Positions 38,987 to 51,405 of a stretch of 64,000 nucleotides of DNA are shown here, one piece after another. The notes below the pieces were generated by a model. It ran no database searches. It was not told where the DNA came from and saw only the letters and a list, made by a program, of their open reading frames with translations. Source of the DNA: the human T2T-CHM13v2.0 reference genome, Homo sapiens; the NCBI RefSeq assembly GCF_009914755.1, contig NC_060946.1; one strand, 5' to 3'. Both the position numbers and the translations under genes were made by a program. Every line of letters begins with the position of its first letter. The first letter of the stretch is position 1.

Positions 38987-40374
38987 CAGTGCTGTTCAAG
39001 GTACGGTGTTCCAGCAATTTGTTATCTATTTTGGGGGAAAAGAGTCCATTAAAAGTAATGCCCTAAAACCCCTCCAAAAATGTTCAATAGGTTTTAATTA
39101 AAAATGCAGAAATTTCTGTGTTGTGCTTTCCTTTGTTCACAAAATTCAAAAAGATGTTGATGGGGGTATCTGAAGAAAGGCGGTGGTCTCAGAAGTGCCT
39201 GCCCCGGGCTGGCTCAGGCCGGGACTCTGGGTCAGGTGCAGCCTCATGGAAAGACCTCTACAGGAGGGCCCTGCCTGCTTCCCACCCGGCCACAGCCCCC
39301 AGTGGGAGGGTCTCCCTCCCCGGCCGGGGTGCCCATAACACATAACACGTAACACGTCTGCTGCTTTTAGCTCTCAACAGGGCTGGTTGTTTCATTTCCT
39401 GAGTCCTCACAGGTATTCTGCCAGATCCTATTTTAAACTGAAAGTCCTCGTTGAATTCACACTCAATCCCAACATTCTGCTTCCTCCTCGAAGGTGTCAG
39501 ACACATTGGCTCCGCTTCTGCACACCACAAACATATTTCCATAACTGACTGCTTTGCGCGTGAAGCCGTGCCATCCTTTCTGAGTAAGGATTCACATGTT
39601 TTCAAGGATTTCTGACAGGTTTCGAGAAAAGAGCCGTCGTCTCCTTTTCCGTTAGCCATCTCAGCGTTGCGCGCTGTTCCGAAGCACCACCTTCCTGGCA
39701 CAGGTCACTCGTGGCTTCCAGATGGCACAGTTAAGGAAGAGGAGGCAGCAGGGAGCACATAAATCCTGACACTCACTAATAGACTTTATTAATAGTTCAC
39801 GCATGGTGATCGGCCGGCCCCAAACACGCTCCCCGTAGTTACGGATGACCCGCTTCTATATTCTGGCACTGCTGGAAAAGACTTCATCGGACTCATTTTA
39901 ATTATTTTCCAGAAGTGATCCATTTTCCATGAAAATGCATGTAGGGTTTATCTCATTCCTGGAAGTCATTACTTTGTCATGAAAAATTCCAAGTATCCTG
40001 GAGCAGGATTAGCCTCGACTTTAATCATAGAGCAGAGGGTAATTTTACCTACATTCTTGGACACAGTCATTTGAGCGATTGGCCTATGAAGAGCTATTGT
40101 CTAATTCTCCCTAAGGATGAGATCTCAGAGTCGGGGGTCTGCTTTGAGAAATTTGGGGCACAGCTGGCTGCTCTCTGAAAGACTTAAGACTCCAGAGAGT
40201 GCTGAGGAACTGGCTGCGTGTCAGGCTTCCAGGCAATGATGCTTTGAGAGAATCCTCCCAGGCAGTTGAGCTGCATGATGCCCAGACACAAGGAGAGACT
40301 CAGGAGTTCGAGCACCAGGCTTCGAGTCCTGATTCTGCAGCTTGTTCTGTGCATGAGGTGATCTTTATTTCAGG

Positions 40375-40470
40375 TGATATTTTTCCAGCATATGTCAGGT
40401 GCTAGGCACCATGCTGTGTGACGCAGATACAACAAAGACCAAGACAGGCATGGTTTCTGTTCTCTTGCTC
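40375..40470 (-). mobile_element. L2 3' fragment
   Basis: gtgctaggcaccatgctg...gatacaacaaagaccaagacaggcatggtttctgttctc. Confidence 0.55.
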
Positions 40471-41155
40471 GGTACCAACATCCTATGAATATTTTACATG
40501 TCACTAAAAAATCTGTAATTTTTTTCTATTTTCCTAAATAGATCCTACCAGTTAATCATGCACAATTCCACATCTCTCTATAATGCAATTTAAGTATCCA
40601 TAATTACCAAGAGGGCCTCAGATTTTCTATTGCATGTTAACGCTCTTGAAGACCCTGGAAGCAGAGGGCTCGTCCTAACAAGGGCACTTCTCCCAAGTCA
40701 TCTCGTGGGATGCAAAAAAGAATCATTGTGAAAAGAGTTTTTCACTTCTTAACAACTCACTCTATAAAGACAATGTCAGGCTTAATCAGAGCTGGAGATG
40801 CGGGGTGTTAAACGGAATGAATAGGAAACCTCCCTGAATCCCCAAGTGCCACTCTGAGAACAACAATGCTGGTTCCAGGAAAAAGAAAATGGCAAGAAAA
40901 GCCCAGGCACAAAGTGACATTTACAAGAATTGATGACAGACCTCGGAGACACCCAATTTCAATTACCCAGCACTGGTTACACACATGGGGCCCGAGAAGC
41001 CTCCAGGCCCAGCCTCCCCACCTGACTCGCTGCTTGCCAGCAACCCCTGCTGTGACTTTGCGGGGGACAGATGGGAGCTACTTGGAAGCCGATGGTCTCA
41101 CCACCAGCACATCAGACTCGGGGGGCAGCATAACAGAGGGCACTGAGGGCTGGAG

Positions 41156-41520
41156 TCATCCACCTATCCACCCATCCATCCATCCATTCACCCATGCATC
41201 CACCCATCCATCCATTCACCCATTCATCCACCCATCCATCTATCCATTCATCCATCTATCTATCCATTCATTTATCCATCCATCCATCCATTCATCCAAA
41301 CATCCATCCATCCATCCATTCATCCATTCATCCAAACATCCATCCATCCATCTATTAACCCGTCCATCCATCCATCCATTCATCCATCCATCCGTCCATT
41401 CACCAATCCATCCATCATCCATCCATTCATCCATCCATCTATCCATTTATCCATCCATCCATCCATCATCCATTCATCCATCCATCCATCTATCCATCCA
41501 TCCATTCACTCACTCACTCC
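41156..41520 (+). repeat. (TCCA)n microsatellite
   Basis: Degenerate CCAT array, followed by minus-strand L2-like sequence to ~41700. Confidence 0.95.
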
Positions 41521-41714
41521 ATACTCATGGTGCCAACACATCTCCAGCTTTCTTCTATGGGCAGAGGTTGCAGGAAACAAACCAAACAAAACCAATGTTC
41601 ACCTTCGTTGGACCAGCAGTCTTTGCTGGGGAGGGGATAATAAACCAAACTGCATGGACCATGTCAGATGGTAACGAGGACACTGAAGGGAGGCAGGGTG
41701 GCTGCTGAGAGCAG

Positions 41715-42068
41715 CAGTGCACAGCGATGGGTGGGTGGAGCTGTTCACACCTGGCAGCCAGGAGGACCCTTTGGAGGCGGTGCCAGTGCACAGAGATAGG
41801 AAGGTGGAGCCCGTTCACGCCTGACGGCCAGGAGGACTCCTCAGAGGTGGTGGCAGTGCACACAGATAGGAAGGTGGAGCCCATTCACACCTGGTGGCCG
41901 GGAGGACCCCTCAAAGGTGGCGGCAGTGCACAGAGATAGGAGGGTGGAGACTGTTCACACCTGACAGCCAGGAGGAACCCTCAGAGGTGGCAGCAGTGCA
42001 CAGAGATGGGAGGGTGGAGACTGTTCACACTTGGTGGCCAGGAGGGCCCTTGGTTGTGTCACAGTGCA
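41715..42068. repeat. Minisatellite, ~5 x 70 bp
   Basis: cagtgca... unit starts at 41715, 41784, 41854, 41924, 41994 and 42062. Confidence 0.92.
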
Positions 42069-43601
42069 GCAGAGGCCACAGTGAAATAGAAGCAGACTCC
42101 ATGATGTACAGAGATGGCAGAGGGGACATCAGGAGGGCCTCAGAGAGGGAACCCCCTCGAGGGCAGAGGACGCAGGAGTGCCTGCTATGGGTAAACAGCC
42201 CCCAAAGCTGCTCCAGTGAGCATAGGTGTTAGGGGCATGGTGATGGGCGTGGAAGCCCAGCTAGGAGGCGGGTGACTGGGCTTGAGTACAGGTGGAGCTG
42301 ATAAGAAGGGTTCAGAGTCTGGGTGTTTCAAGGGTGGACCCCCCCAGGTTTCCCAACCCACTGAATGTGAGCCCTGAGAAAGAGGGGCCACAAGGACCCC
42401 AGTTTTGTGCCTTTGCCGGGGATGGTCAGGAGCCCTTTAGACGTCCAGGAGTCACACCAGAAGCACGTGAGGCCTGGAAGCCACCATGCAGGAAGAAATG
42501 TCATTTAGGAAGGGGGAGCAGGGCAGGTGCGGGAGGACGGCTTTACTTAGAGAAGACAAAAGAGCCGAGGACTGGACAAATTCCTCAAAAGAGGCCTGCT
42601 GGGCATCGTGGTAGAGAACCAGCAGACATGGGCCCAGAGTCAGGGGAGTTGGGGCTCAGGAGACAACCTGAGGGACCTCCGGTAGGGTACCCCCACGGGC
42701 TTCAGCTTCCCCTTTTGTGAAGCTGGGCTGAGGAGCCTCCCTTGCCAAGAGGTTCTGCTTATCCCAGCCTGGACTGACAGGATGGGAAAGTCAAGGAGAC
42801 AGACGCGAACCTCGCAGGCGCACGAGGCCCAGGGGAAGCGCCGGGAACCCTCTCGGTTTGTGCAGGAGCCACCCTGTGACTTTGCCAGGACTACCTGTCG
42901 GGCGCCAGGCAGCTGAGCCAGACGAACCGCCGGGCCACACTCACACCGACCTCAGCTTGTTTCAGGAACAAGCTTAGGCATGCAAGTAGGAATTAGCTTG
43001 TGCTAAACAGCAGGACAATGCAGTTATTCTCATGATTGTAATTTAAATTTGAATTCTACACTTTTTAATCCCCGTTATTTACTAGAGAATGAGGACGTCT
43101 ACTCTGCGTGGACTTCTGACACCGCTCTCTCTGGCCGTCTGTTCTCCTGTGTGCTCCGGTACAGGCTGGAGGAAGCGCCACATAAGTGTAACCATCATTA
43201 GTATTTCGGCCTCCACCATCTCCTCTCTGCCTCACATGGTGGCCTTGGCCCTGAGGACACAGAACAGCTCAAGTAAGGGACTATGAACCCCCGACAGCGG
43301 CCCTGGGGACATCGCTTTCATTCACTTCTTCCCTCCCCCTGGGTACCGCAGGGGCCCTGGCCTCTGGATGAGAGCTGCTCCTGCAGGGGACCCCAAAGCC
43401 CTGTGATGGAACAATCTGGAAACCTTGCTCCTCACACTGGGCCATCTCTGGAGGCAATTTCCCGGCTTCCTCCTGTGAGGTCCAGGTCGAGGGATCAGGC
43501 TGCCTACGATGCTGCCACTGAGGGCCGTTGCTTCCTACGTGATGGACATCTCACCTCTTCCTTCTCTTGTTGAGCCTTAACAATGAGAGTAAGAAAAAGT
43601 A

Positions 43602-43920
<319 letters not shown>

Positions 43921-44269
43921 TCAATCACTCTGCCAGAGTCTGCTCTGTGTCACGGAGGAGGAGACTGAGGTCTGGATCAGGGGTGCCACTGACTCACAAG
44001 AACAAAGCAATGTGGGGCCACAGCAGGAATAAGACCCAGTGATTCCAGATCCTGCCAGATTATTCCAGATCATTGTCATCAGCCTCTTCCATGGAAGAAT
44101 TCTCTCTGGTCCACACGGCATTTCCCAACGCCATCTGGGAGGCCTCCAAGGCCTGGGATATGGCGGCTTGAGATGCTCCAAGAGGGATCGTCTCGGTCAC
44201 TGCTCTGCAGCTGCTCATTGATTTGAGTACACGTCTTAGTTTGAGGTCATTGTAGAGCCCTGTGTGGGT

Positions 44270-44525
44270 ATAAGAAATGACACAGAGGGATCCTGTTCAC
44301 GCTGCGTCCGGTTTCGCCCAGGGGTGGCATCTTGTAGGACAATAGCACGATGTAACCTCCAGGATGTCAACAGTGATGCAGTCAAGACCCTGGATGCCCA
44401 TCATGCAGGGTCCTCTCCTGGTCCCCCCAGAGCCGCACCGCCGCCCTCCCACCCCGTCCCCTCCACCACCCCTGGCAACCTCTCATCTCTCCTCCATTTC
44501 CAAAATGTCATCATTCTCATGTCTC
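44270..44525 (-). mobile_element. L1MC-like 3'UTR fragment
   Basis: ggcatcttgtaggacaatagcacgatgtaacctccaggatgtcaacagtgatgcagtcaaga...cccctggcaacctctcatct. Confidence 0.65.
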
Positions 44526-44664
44526 TATCAAGGACCTGGGAAAAATGGGGGGAGTGTAAGTGAAGCTCAGGGCGTAACTGCCTGGAGGTACTGCCCTGCA
44601 CAGGCATGTCTTCCAGGCAGGATCCCCAGGGCAACAGTCAAGGACGGGAAGGGAGGACACGTGA

Positions 44665-45143
<479 letters not shown>

Positions 45144-46339
45144 TGTGTGGCCCTGGCTTTTCACTGAGACACTATTTTGTCCAGCATCCCTCCTGCTAAG
45201 AGTTTCCATCGTGTCCCGTGGAAGGCGGTGGCTGGGAAGTGGCTGCCTGGCTATTGGATCTGCAGGGCTGTGGCCTTATTTTGGATTGTTTCTTCGTCTT
45301 TCTCCCTCAACCCTCCCTCACCAAATTCTCTCAAAATATTCTGCTGAGTGATGTAGTTCAACCACAGAGTTCCCTTCCTGTTCTAATTTCTGGTTTTAAA
45401 TTAGATCGACTGTTTCAGGTTTCATTTTATTAACAGAATGAGGTAAAAGAGTCACCTTGTTTAAGTCTTTAATTTGTGGGAAAATGTGTTCACGTCTACC
45501 CCAAAAATCTCAGATGGTTGCTGCTTTTCTATTTGTGTAACTGAATCATGGCTTAATTGATTGTTACTGGAAACGTTTTGGGTTATGACTTTTATGTGTC
45601 TTTGTCCTGCATTTGGGTTTTTTATCGTGTGTGTGTTGTTTTGGCTGTTGACACTCTGGTTTATTGTGGGAAGAGGATCCTAGGAATCGTTTTCTGGCTC
45701 AGTCCAGTCTACGTTTGCTCTCCAGGATCTGAAGGAGGTTCTGACCATTGCATGTACAAGTCCATACAAGTCGGGAAAGCCTGTGCTGCGTGCAACCCCC
45801 CAAAATCTGCACTATGGGCAGCTGCTGGCCTTGCCTGGGCTTGGAGACATTCTTCACTATAGCTGTCCACTCAGGTCCAGGATTCGAGTTCCACGATTGC
45901 CTGCGTCCTGGCTCACGGGAGGAGTGGGTCTTAGGGGCACCTGGCATCTGGGGTCCCAGGTGAGTCACGGCAAAAGGGAAGTGTCCGGCAATGGGGAAGA
46001 GGAAGGAGGAGTGGAGAGAGGCACGGGGACAGTGGGGAGCTGGGTGGGGGAGGGGACATGGAGCCCCTGAGGACCCAGGAGGAGGGTCCCAGTGAAGAGT
46101 CCACCCTGCTGTTGCTGAAGTTTGTCCAACTGCTGATTAGTTTTGGCCAGATAATTTTTTTCTAGTGAATCAAGATTTTAAATCAGATTTCCTCTGGAGG
46201 CCTCCAAATACCAATCAAAAATGGCTGTCCCCTGGGCCTGATCAACCCTATTCCCTTGGTAAAGTTAGGGCGTTTAGAAAGACAGGTGCAAGAATTAGGA
46301 TTGTAAGGAAAGTGCCTCTGAGAAGAAGGGGTGTTTCCC

Positions 46340-47455
46340 ATTGGAGGAGAGTGGGGAGGCCGAGAGCTTCCTGGTGAGGACAGGAGGGAGACCCAGAGCT
46401 TCCCGGTGGAGGAGAGCGGGGAGGCCCAGAGCTTCCCGGTGGAGGAGAGCGGGGAGGCCCAGAGCTTCCCGGTGGAGGAGAGCGGGGAGGCCCAGAGCTT
46501 CCCGGTGGAGGAGAGCGGGGAGGCCCAGAGCTTCCCGGTGGAGGAGAGGAGGGAGGCCCAGAGCTTCCCGGTGGAGGAGAGCGGGGAGGCCCAGAGCTTC
46601 CCGGTGGAGGAGAGCGGGGAGGCCCAGAGCTTCCCGGTGGAGGAGAGGAGGGAGACCCAGAGCTTCCCGGTGGAGGAGAGCGGGGAGGCCCAGAGCTTCC
46701 CGGTGGAGGAGAGGAGGGAGGCCCAGAGCTTCCCGGTGGAGGAGAGCGGGGAGGCCCAGAGCTTCCCGGTGGAGGAGAGGGGGGAGGCCCAGAGCTTCCC
46801 GGTGGAGGAGAAGGGGGAGGCCCAGAGCTTCCCGGTGGAGGAGAGGAGGGAGACCCAGAGCTTCCCGGTGGAGGAGAGCGGGGAGGCCCAGAGCTTCCCG
46901 GTGGAGGAGAGCGGGGAGGCCCAGAGCTTCCCGGTGGAGGAGAGCGGGGAGGCCCAGAGCTTCCCGGTGGAGGAGAGGAGGGAGGCCCAGAGCTTCCCGG
47001 TGGAGGAGAGGGGGGAGGCCCAGAGCTTCCCGGTGGAGGAGAGCGGGGAGGCCCAGAGCTTCCCGGTGGAGGAGAGGAGGGAGGCCCAGAGCTTCCCGGT
47101 GGAGGAGAGCGGGGAGGCCCAGAGCTTCCCGGTGGAGGAGAGCGGGGAGGCCCAGAGCTTCCCGGTGGAGGAGAGCGGGGAGGCCCAGAGCTTCCCGGTG
47201 GAGGAGAGGAGGGAGGCCCAGAGCTTCCCGGTGGAGGAGAGGGGGGAGGCCCAGAGCTTCCCGGTGGAGGAGAGCGGGGAGGCCCAGAGCTTCCCGGTGG
47301 AGGAGAGGAGGGAGGCCCAGAGCTTCCCGGTGGAGGAGAGCGGGGAGGCCCAGAGCTTCCCGGTGGAGGAGAGGGGGGAGGCCCAGAGCTTCCCGGTGGA
47401 GGAGAAGGGGGAGGCCCAGAGCTTCCTGCTGGAGGAGAGGAGGGAGGCCAAGCCC
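46340..47455. repeat. G-rich VNTR, ~34 x 33 bp with variant units
   Basis: Unit ttcccggtggaggaga(gcgggg/ggaggg/gggggg/aggggg)ag(g/a)cccagagc; 31 canonical units counted from the FPVEE repeat translation plus degenerate end units. Confidence 0.98.
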
Positions 47456-48049
47456 ACCTAGTGAGGCCTCTGCTCCTCCTGTCCTGATGGTCGCAGGCTC
47501 CAAATACAGACCCTCACTCTGTGACCCCAGCAGGCGGAAAACCAGAGGAGACGCTCTCCCTGGATCACAGCCAAGCTCTCAGGACGCGAAATTGAGACAG
47601 AAGGAGACGCTCAACCACTCCCATCTGTGACCCCAACTTGGAGAGTCCGCGTGCGCGCCCGCGGTGAGCACTGCAGACGCGCTGTGTGTGAGACCAGGAC
47701 GAGCAGGTGTGGAGGGCAGGAGCCTGTGTATCTCAGCCTCTCCTGCGGCAAACAGCACTTTCAGGCAGCACAACACAAAACGCTTGCCACAGACGACAAG
47801 CACCAGGGGAACAGAAGGAGGGGCCTGAATCGGCAGAGGACGCCAAACAAGCGGGACCCAAGCTCAGAACCCAGCCTCAAACCAGGACTGAACAGCGGAG
47901 GGCCCCAGGCAGCCTGAGTCCTGACCTGGTGCGGACTCTGCCCCAGCTCAGACACCCGGGTGCAGGGGCCTTTGCGGGCTCAGGGCGAGCCAAGTGGCTG
48001 GGTCTGCCGGGAGGGGCAGCACAGTCGCTGTCCAGCAAGACCTCCCTGG

Positions 48050-48470
48050 GGACAGAGAAACGAAGCCCACCCACATGAGAACAAGCAGAGGCGTTTACTC
48101 AGTGCTTCCTACAGCAGGGAGTCCTCCATCGTCCCTCTGCCCCGCTGAGGCCTAACGACAGGCAGCGGAGGGGACGCTTCACCATGGGACAGGGACGGCT
48201 CCCGGCTCCCCTGATCAGAGGTCAAGGCCTGGGGAAGCTGGGGCACTCCCTAGAAGGGGGCATCCTACGCGATCGGCCAGGGGCCACATTGGGGGTTCTC
48301 TGGCTGGCTCTGAGTTGAAAGTGGAGACAGAGGTTAAGGAAGCTGGGGGTCTCTGGACCCGCGGGCAGGTAGCAGCAGAGGCTGTGGTCGCCCTCCCGGG
48401 CTGCGGTGTGCAGTGTGGTTTGTGCGTCAGCGTCCGGCCATCACGTGCGGGCATCGTCCGTTCCTGTCTC
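48050..48470 (-). mobile_element. ERV1-class solo LTR (MER67-like), GC-shifted
   Basis: caagcagaggcgtttactcagtgctt...cagcagggagtc...ctagaagggggcatcctacgcgatcgg...ttctctggctggctctgagttgaaag. Confidence 0.55.
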
Positions 48471-48599
48471 CTGTCCCTGTTCCCCGGACTTCACCCTCCA
48501 CTTTCTCCCTCCTCCCTAGTAACGATTTAAAACATTGCTGTAATTTCAAGCAGAAACTTTATTGCCCTCATTAGCTCTATTTATTATATATTGTTTTGT

Positions 48600-48960
48600 A
48601 AATTGTTTTCCGTCTTTATGAGTGTGCATACTTTCCATTTTATGGGACATCCTTCCGCAACATCATTTTTATAGAGGCACAATATTCCATTTTATGAATA
48701 TGGGGTTTATGAATGAGTCAGATATAATACTTAGGTTGTTTCTAATTTCCATTATTATAAACAACACTGCAATGAACATTCGTATAACTGTATCTTTGCA
48801 TAATCCATTAGCGGATCTATCAATATTCCCTCAGAATAAAGTTTCTTGAGCATAATATAATGAAAACTGCTAATGGTTTGAGACTTTTTAAGGCTTTCAT
48901 TGCATATTTTCAAATCTCCTCCTGGAAAAAAAAATTGGAAATCTCAGCCGCACTACATGA
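48600..48960 (-). mobile_element. Old L1ME-like 3' fragment
   Basis: aatattccattttatgaatatg...ttaggttgtttctaattt...ataaacaacactgcaatgaacattc. Confidence 0.65.
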
Positions 48961-49099
48961 CTCTGCCACTTTTCTAAGAGCCATACTAGTATCGGGTTTA
49001 AAAGAAAGTGGAAGAAAAAGAGTGGGCATTGCTGTTTACTGCTCACCAGGACTGGCGAAATCCAGTCCCTCCCTGCTGTCTCTGATCCCTTCCGTCCAT

Positions 49100-49656
49100 A
49101 ACGCAGCAGCGAAGGAGGACGAGCCCTTCTGAGGCTTCTCAGCCAAGCACAGTAAACCCACATGCTCCTTCCGTGCCCCAGGCCCTGTGTGCCGCCCACC
49201 CACCCCTGCCTGGCTCTCCTCTCTTCCCCCAGCATCTTGTTCATTCTGTCCCAGCCTCATTGGCTGCTACTGGACAGCCCAAGCTCAGCCCTGGTTCTTT
49301 ACACTGAGTCCTGGTGCCCTGGAGTCTCTCCCCACCTCCCCTGCCCTCCTCCCTCCCTTCATCTGCCCAAATGTGAGGTCTGCATGAGCACAGGTCTGGC
49401 AGAGAACTCTGCTCACTCGCCACCCAGTATTTTGGTTCACTTTTTCTTTCTTAGCATCTTCCACCAACAAATTATTGTTGGATTAGTTTATTTCCGCGTC
49501 TGTTGTCTGACTCTCTCCCAGCCTGCATGGAACGTCAGCTCCATGGAGCAGCGCAGTGTCCATCTGGCATCTGGAGCCATGCTGGGCTGGAGGAGGTACC
49601 AGGTCCAAGACTCGGAAGATGAGTGAAGGAATGAATGAATGAATGAATGAATGAAC
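49100..49656 (+). mobile_element. L2 3' end with (GAAT)n tail
   Basis: tcagctccatggagcag...terminating in gaatgaatgaatgaatgaatgaa. Confidence 0.6.
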
Positions 49657-50236
49657 GAAGGGGACTTTTGCCCATTGTTCTATTAGAGTGTTTTCCCTTT
49701 CTTTTGATTTTAAGGGCCCTCTACTTCAATAATAAACTTTTTCTGGCTGTGTGTCAGAGTCTTTTCTTGTCTGTTATTTGTCATGTTATTTTGGTAATTT
49801 TTATTTGTTATGCCAGAGTCAAGTTCACCAGAAATATTTGCTGTTTTCTGCCTTTGATTTAATTCCTAACACAAAGTGACCACAACAGGTGCATGTCACT
49901 CATCATATCATTTTTTCTGATTCCTTTGTTTGTAATGAAAATCACGATTCCTTCTCCCTAGGACTACAGAGTGAGGGTGCACTCGGCCTTCTGTGGTTTA
50001 ATTTTATCTGATATTAATGTACCTGATGTGTCTCTGGGTCTCTCCTGTGCACTTGCTGGAGCAAAGCAGATTCTATCCACAAATACCCCTGGGGCCCCAT
50101 CCCATCTCCCTCCCGGGGAAGGTCCTCTGGCTTCTCCTGTCTTCAGCTCCCACTCCCTCTCCTGAGGCAGGTGCCTCCGCATGTCCAGGGCTGCTATCTG
50201 TGACCCCATCCTGTGTCTGCAGGTGGCAGCCCCCTC

Positions 50237-50499
50237 TTTTTTTTTAATTAATTTATTTTTTTTAGTATTGTTATACTTTAAGTTTTAGGGTACATGTGCA
50301 CAATGTGCAGGTTAGTTACATATGTATACATGTGCCATGCTGGTGCGCTGCACCCACTAACTCGTCATCTAGCATTAGGTATATCTCCCAGTGCTATCCC
50401 TCCCCCCTGCCCCACCCCACAACAGTCCCCAGAGTGTGATGTTCCCCTTCCTGTGTCCATGTGTTCTCATTGTTCAATTCCCACCTATGAGTGAGAATA
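50237..50499 (-). mobile_element. 5'-truncated L1PA2/L1PA3 3'UTR (~260 bp)
   Basis: tatactttaagttttagggtacatgtgcacaatgtgcaggttagttac...ctaactcgtcatctagcattaggtatatctccc...cccacctatgagtgagaata. Confidence 0.93.
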
Positions 50500-51042
50500 A
50501 GGCATCCTGTGTCTCCCCGGTGCCTGCATCATTCTGGAGACCCAAAGCCACAGCTCCCTGGCTGCCCCCCGTAGAGCTCTTTCCTCTTAATTTACAAATC
50601 AAACAGTCAACTTAAAACACAATAGCTGACCTGAAGCCAAAGAATCTGCCCACCCCAACGACAGGAGCTCTCAGAGCGATCCTGTCCCACCTCACCTCCC
50701 ACCATCCCCCACCCCCGCTCCCCCCCCACATCAGGCTCAAACACTCTCGGGGCCACAGACATGGCTGATTTCTATTTTCCAGGCCCTGCTTGACTCTTTT
50801 CTCATGTCCGTGACAACTCTTCATCCCTTTCAAAGATGTCCCAGCCGCTCTGCTCTGTTTAATTAAACATCTTGAAATTAAGTGTTAGCATTTTCAACAC
50901 AAACTACGTGGTGGTTTCCATGCAAACTCTGCACCGCTTTCCCGGGGAAGCTTCCAGGGGGATCTCCCACAGACAGGTTGTCCAAGAGCTCCATTTAGCT
51001 TTGCACATGGCCAAGGGTGAATGCGTGCTGCAGGGTCACAGG

Positions 51043-51405
51043 GCCTGGCTGTGCTGGGTCAGTGAGTGCATGTGGCGGTGGGGGGACGCAGGGGTGTGGG
51101 GGCTGGGCTCACAGCTGTGCTGGGGTCAGAGAGTGCACGGGGTGGGGCGCAGGAGTGCAGGGGTGTCGGGGCTGGGCTGGGCTCACAGCTGTGCTGAGGT
51201 CCACGAGTGCACGGAGTGAGGTGCAGGGTGTCGGGGCTGGCCTCACAGCTGTGCTGGGGTTGGGAAGTGCACGGGGGTGGGTGGTGGGCGCAGGGCTGCC
51301 AGGGCTGGGCTCACAGCTGTGCTGGGGTCAGCAAGTGCATGGGGGGGGTGGGGGGGTGCACAGTGGGGGGTGCAGGAGTGCAGGAGTGTCGGGGCTGGGC
51401 TCACT
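51043..51405. repeat. G-rich diverged minisatellite, ~5 units of 60-90 bp
   Basis: Recurrent gggctgggctcacagctgtgctggggtca...agtgca. Confidence 0.85.

Noticed and set aside
46183-47630. Four 376-429 aa ORFs as genuine CDS
   Set aside because: Entirely VNTR-derived and open in all frames; no splice, promoter or domain support.
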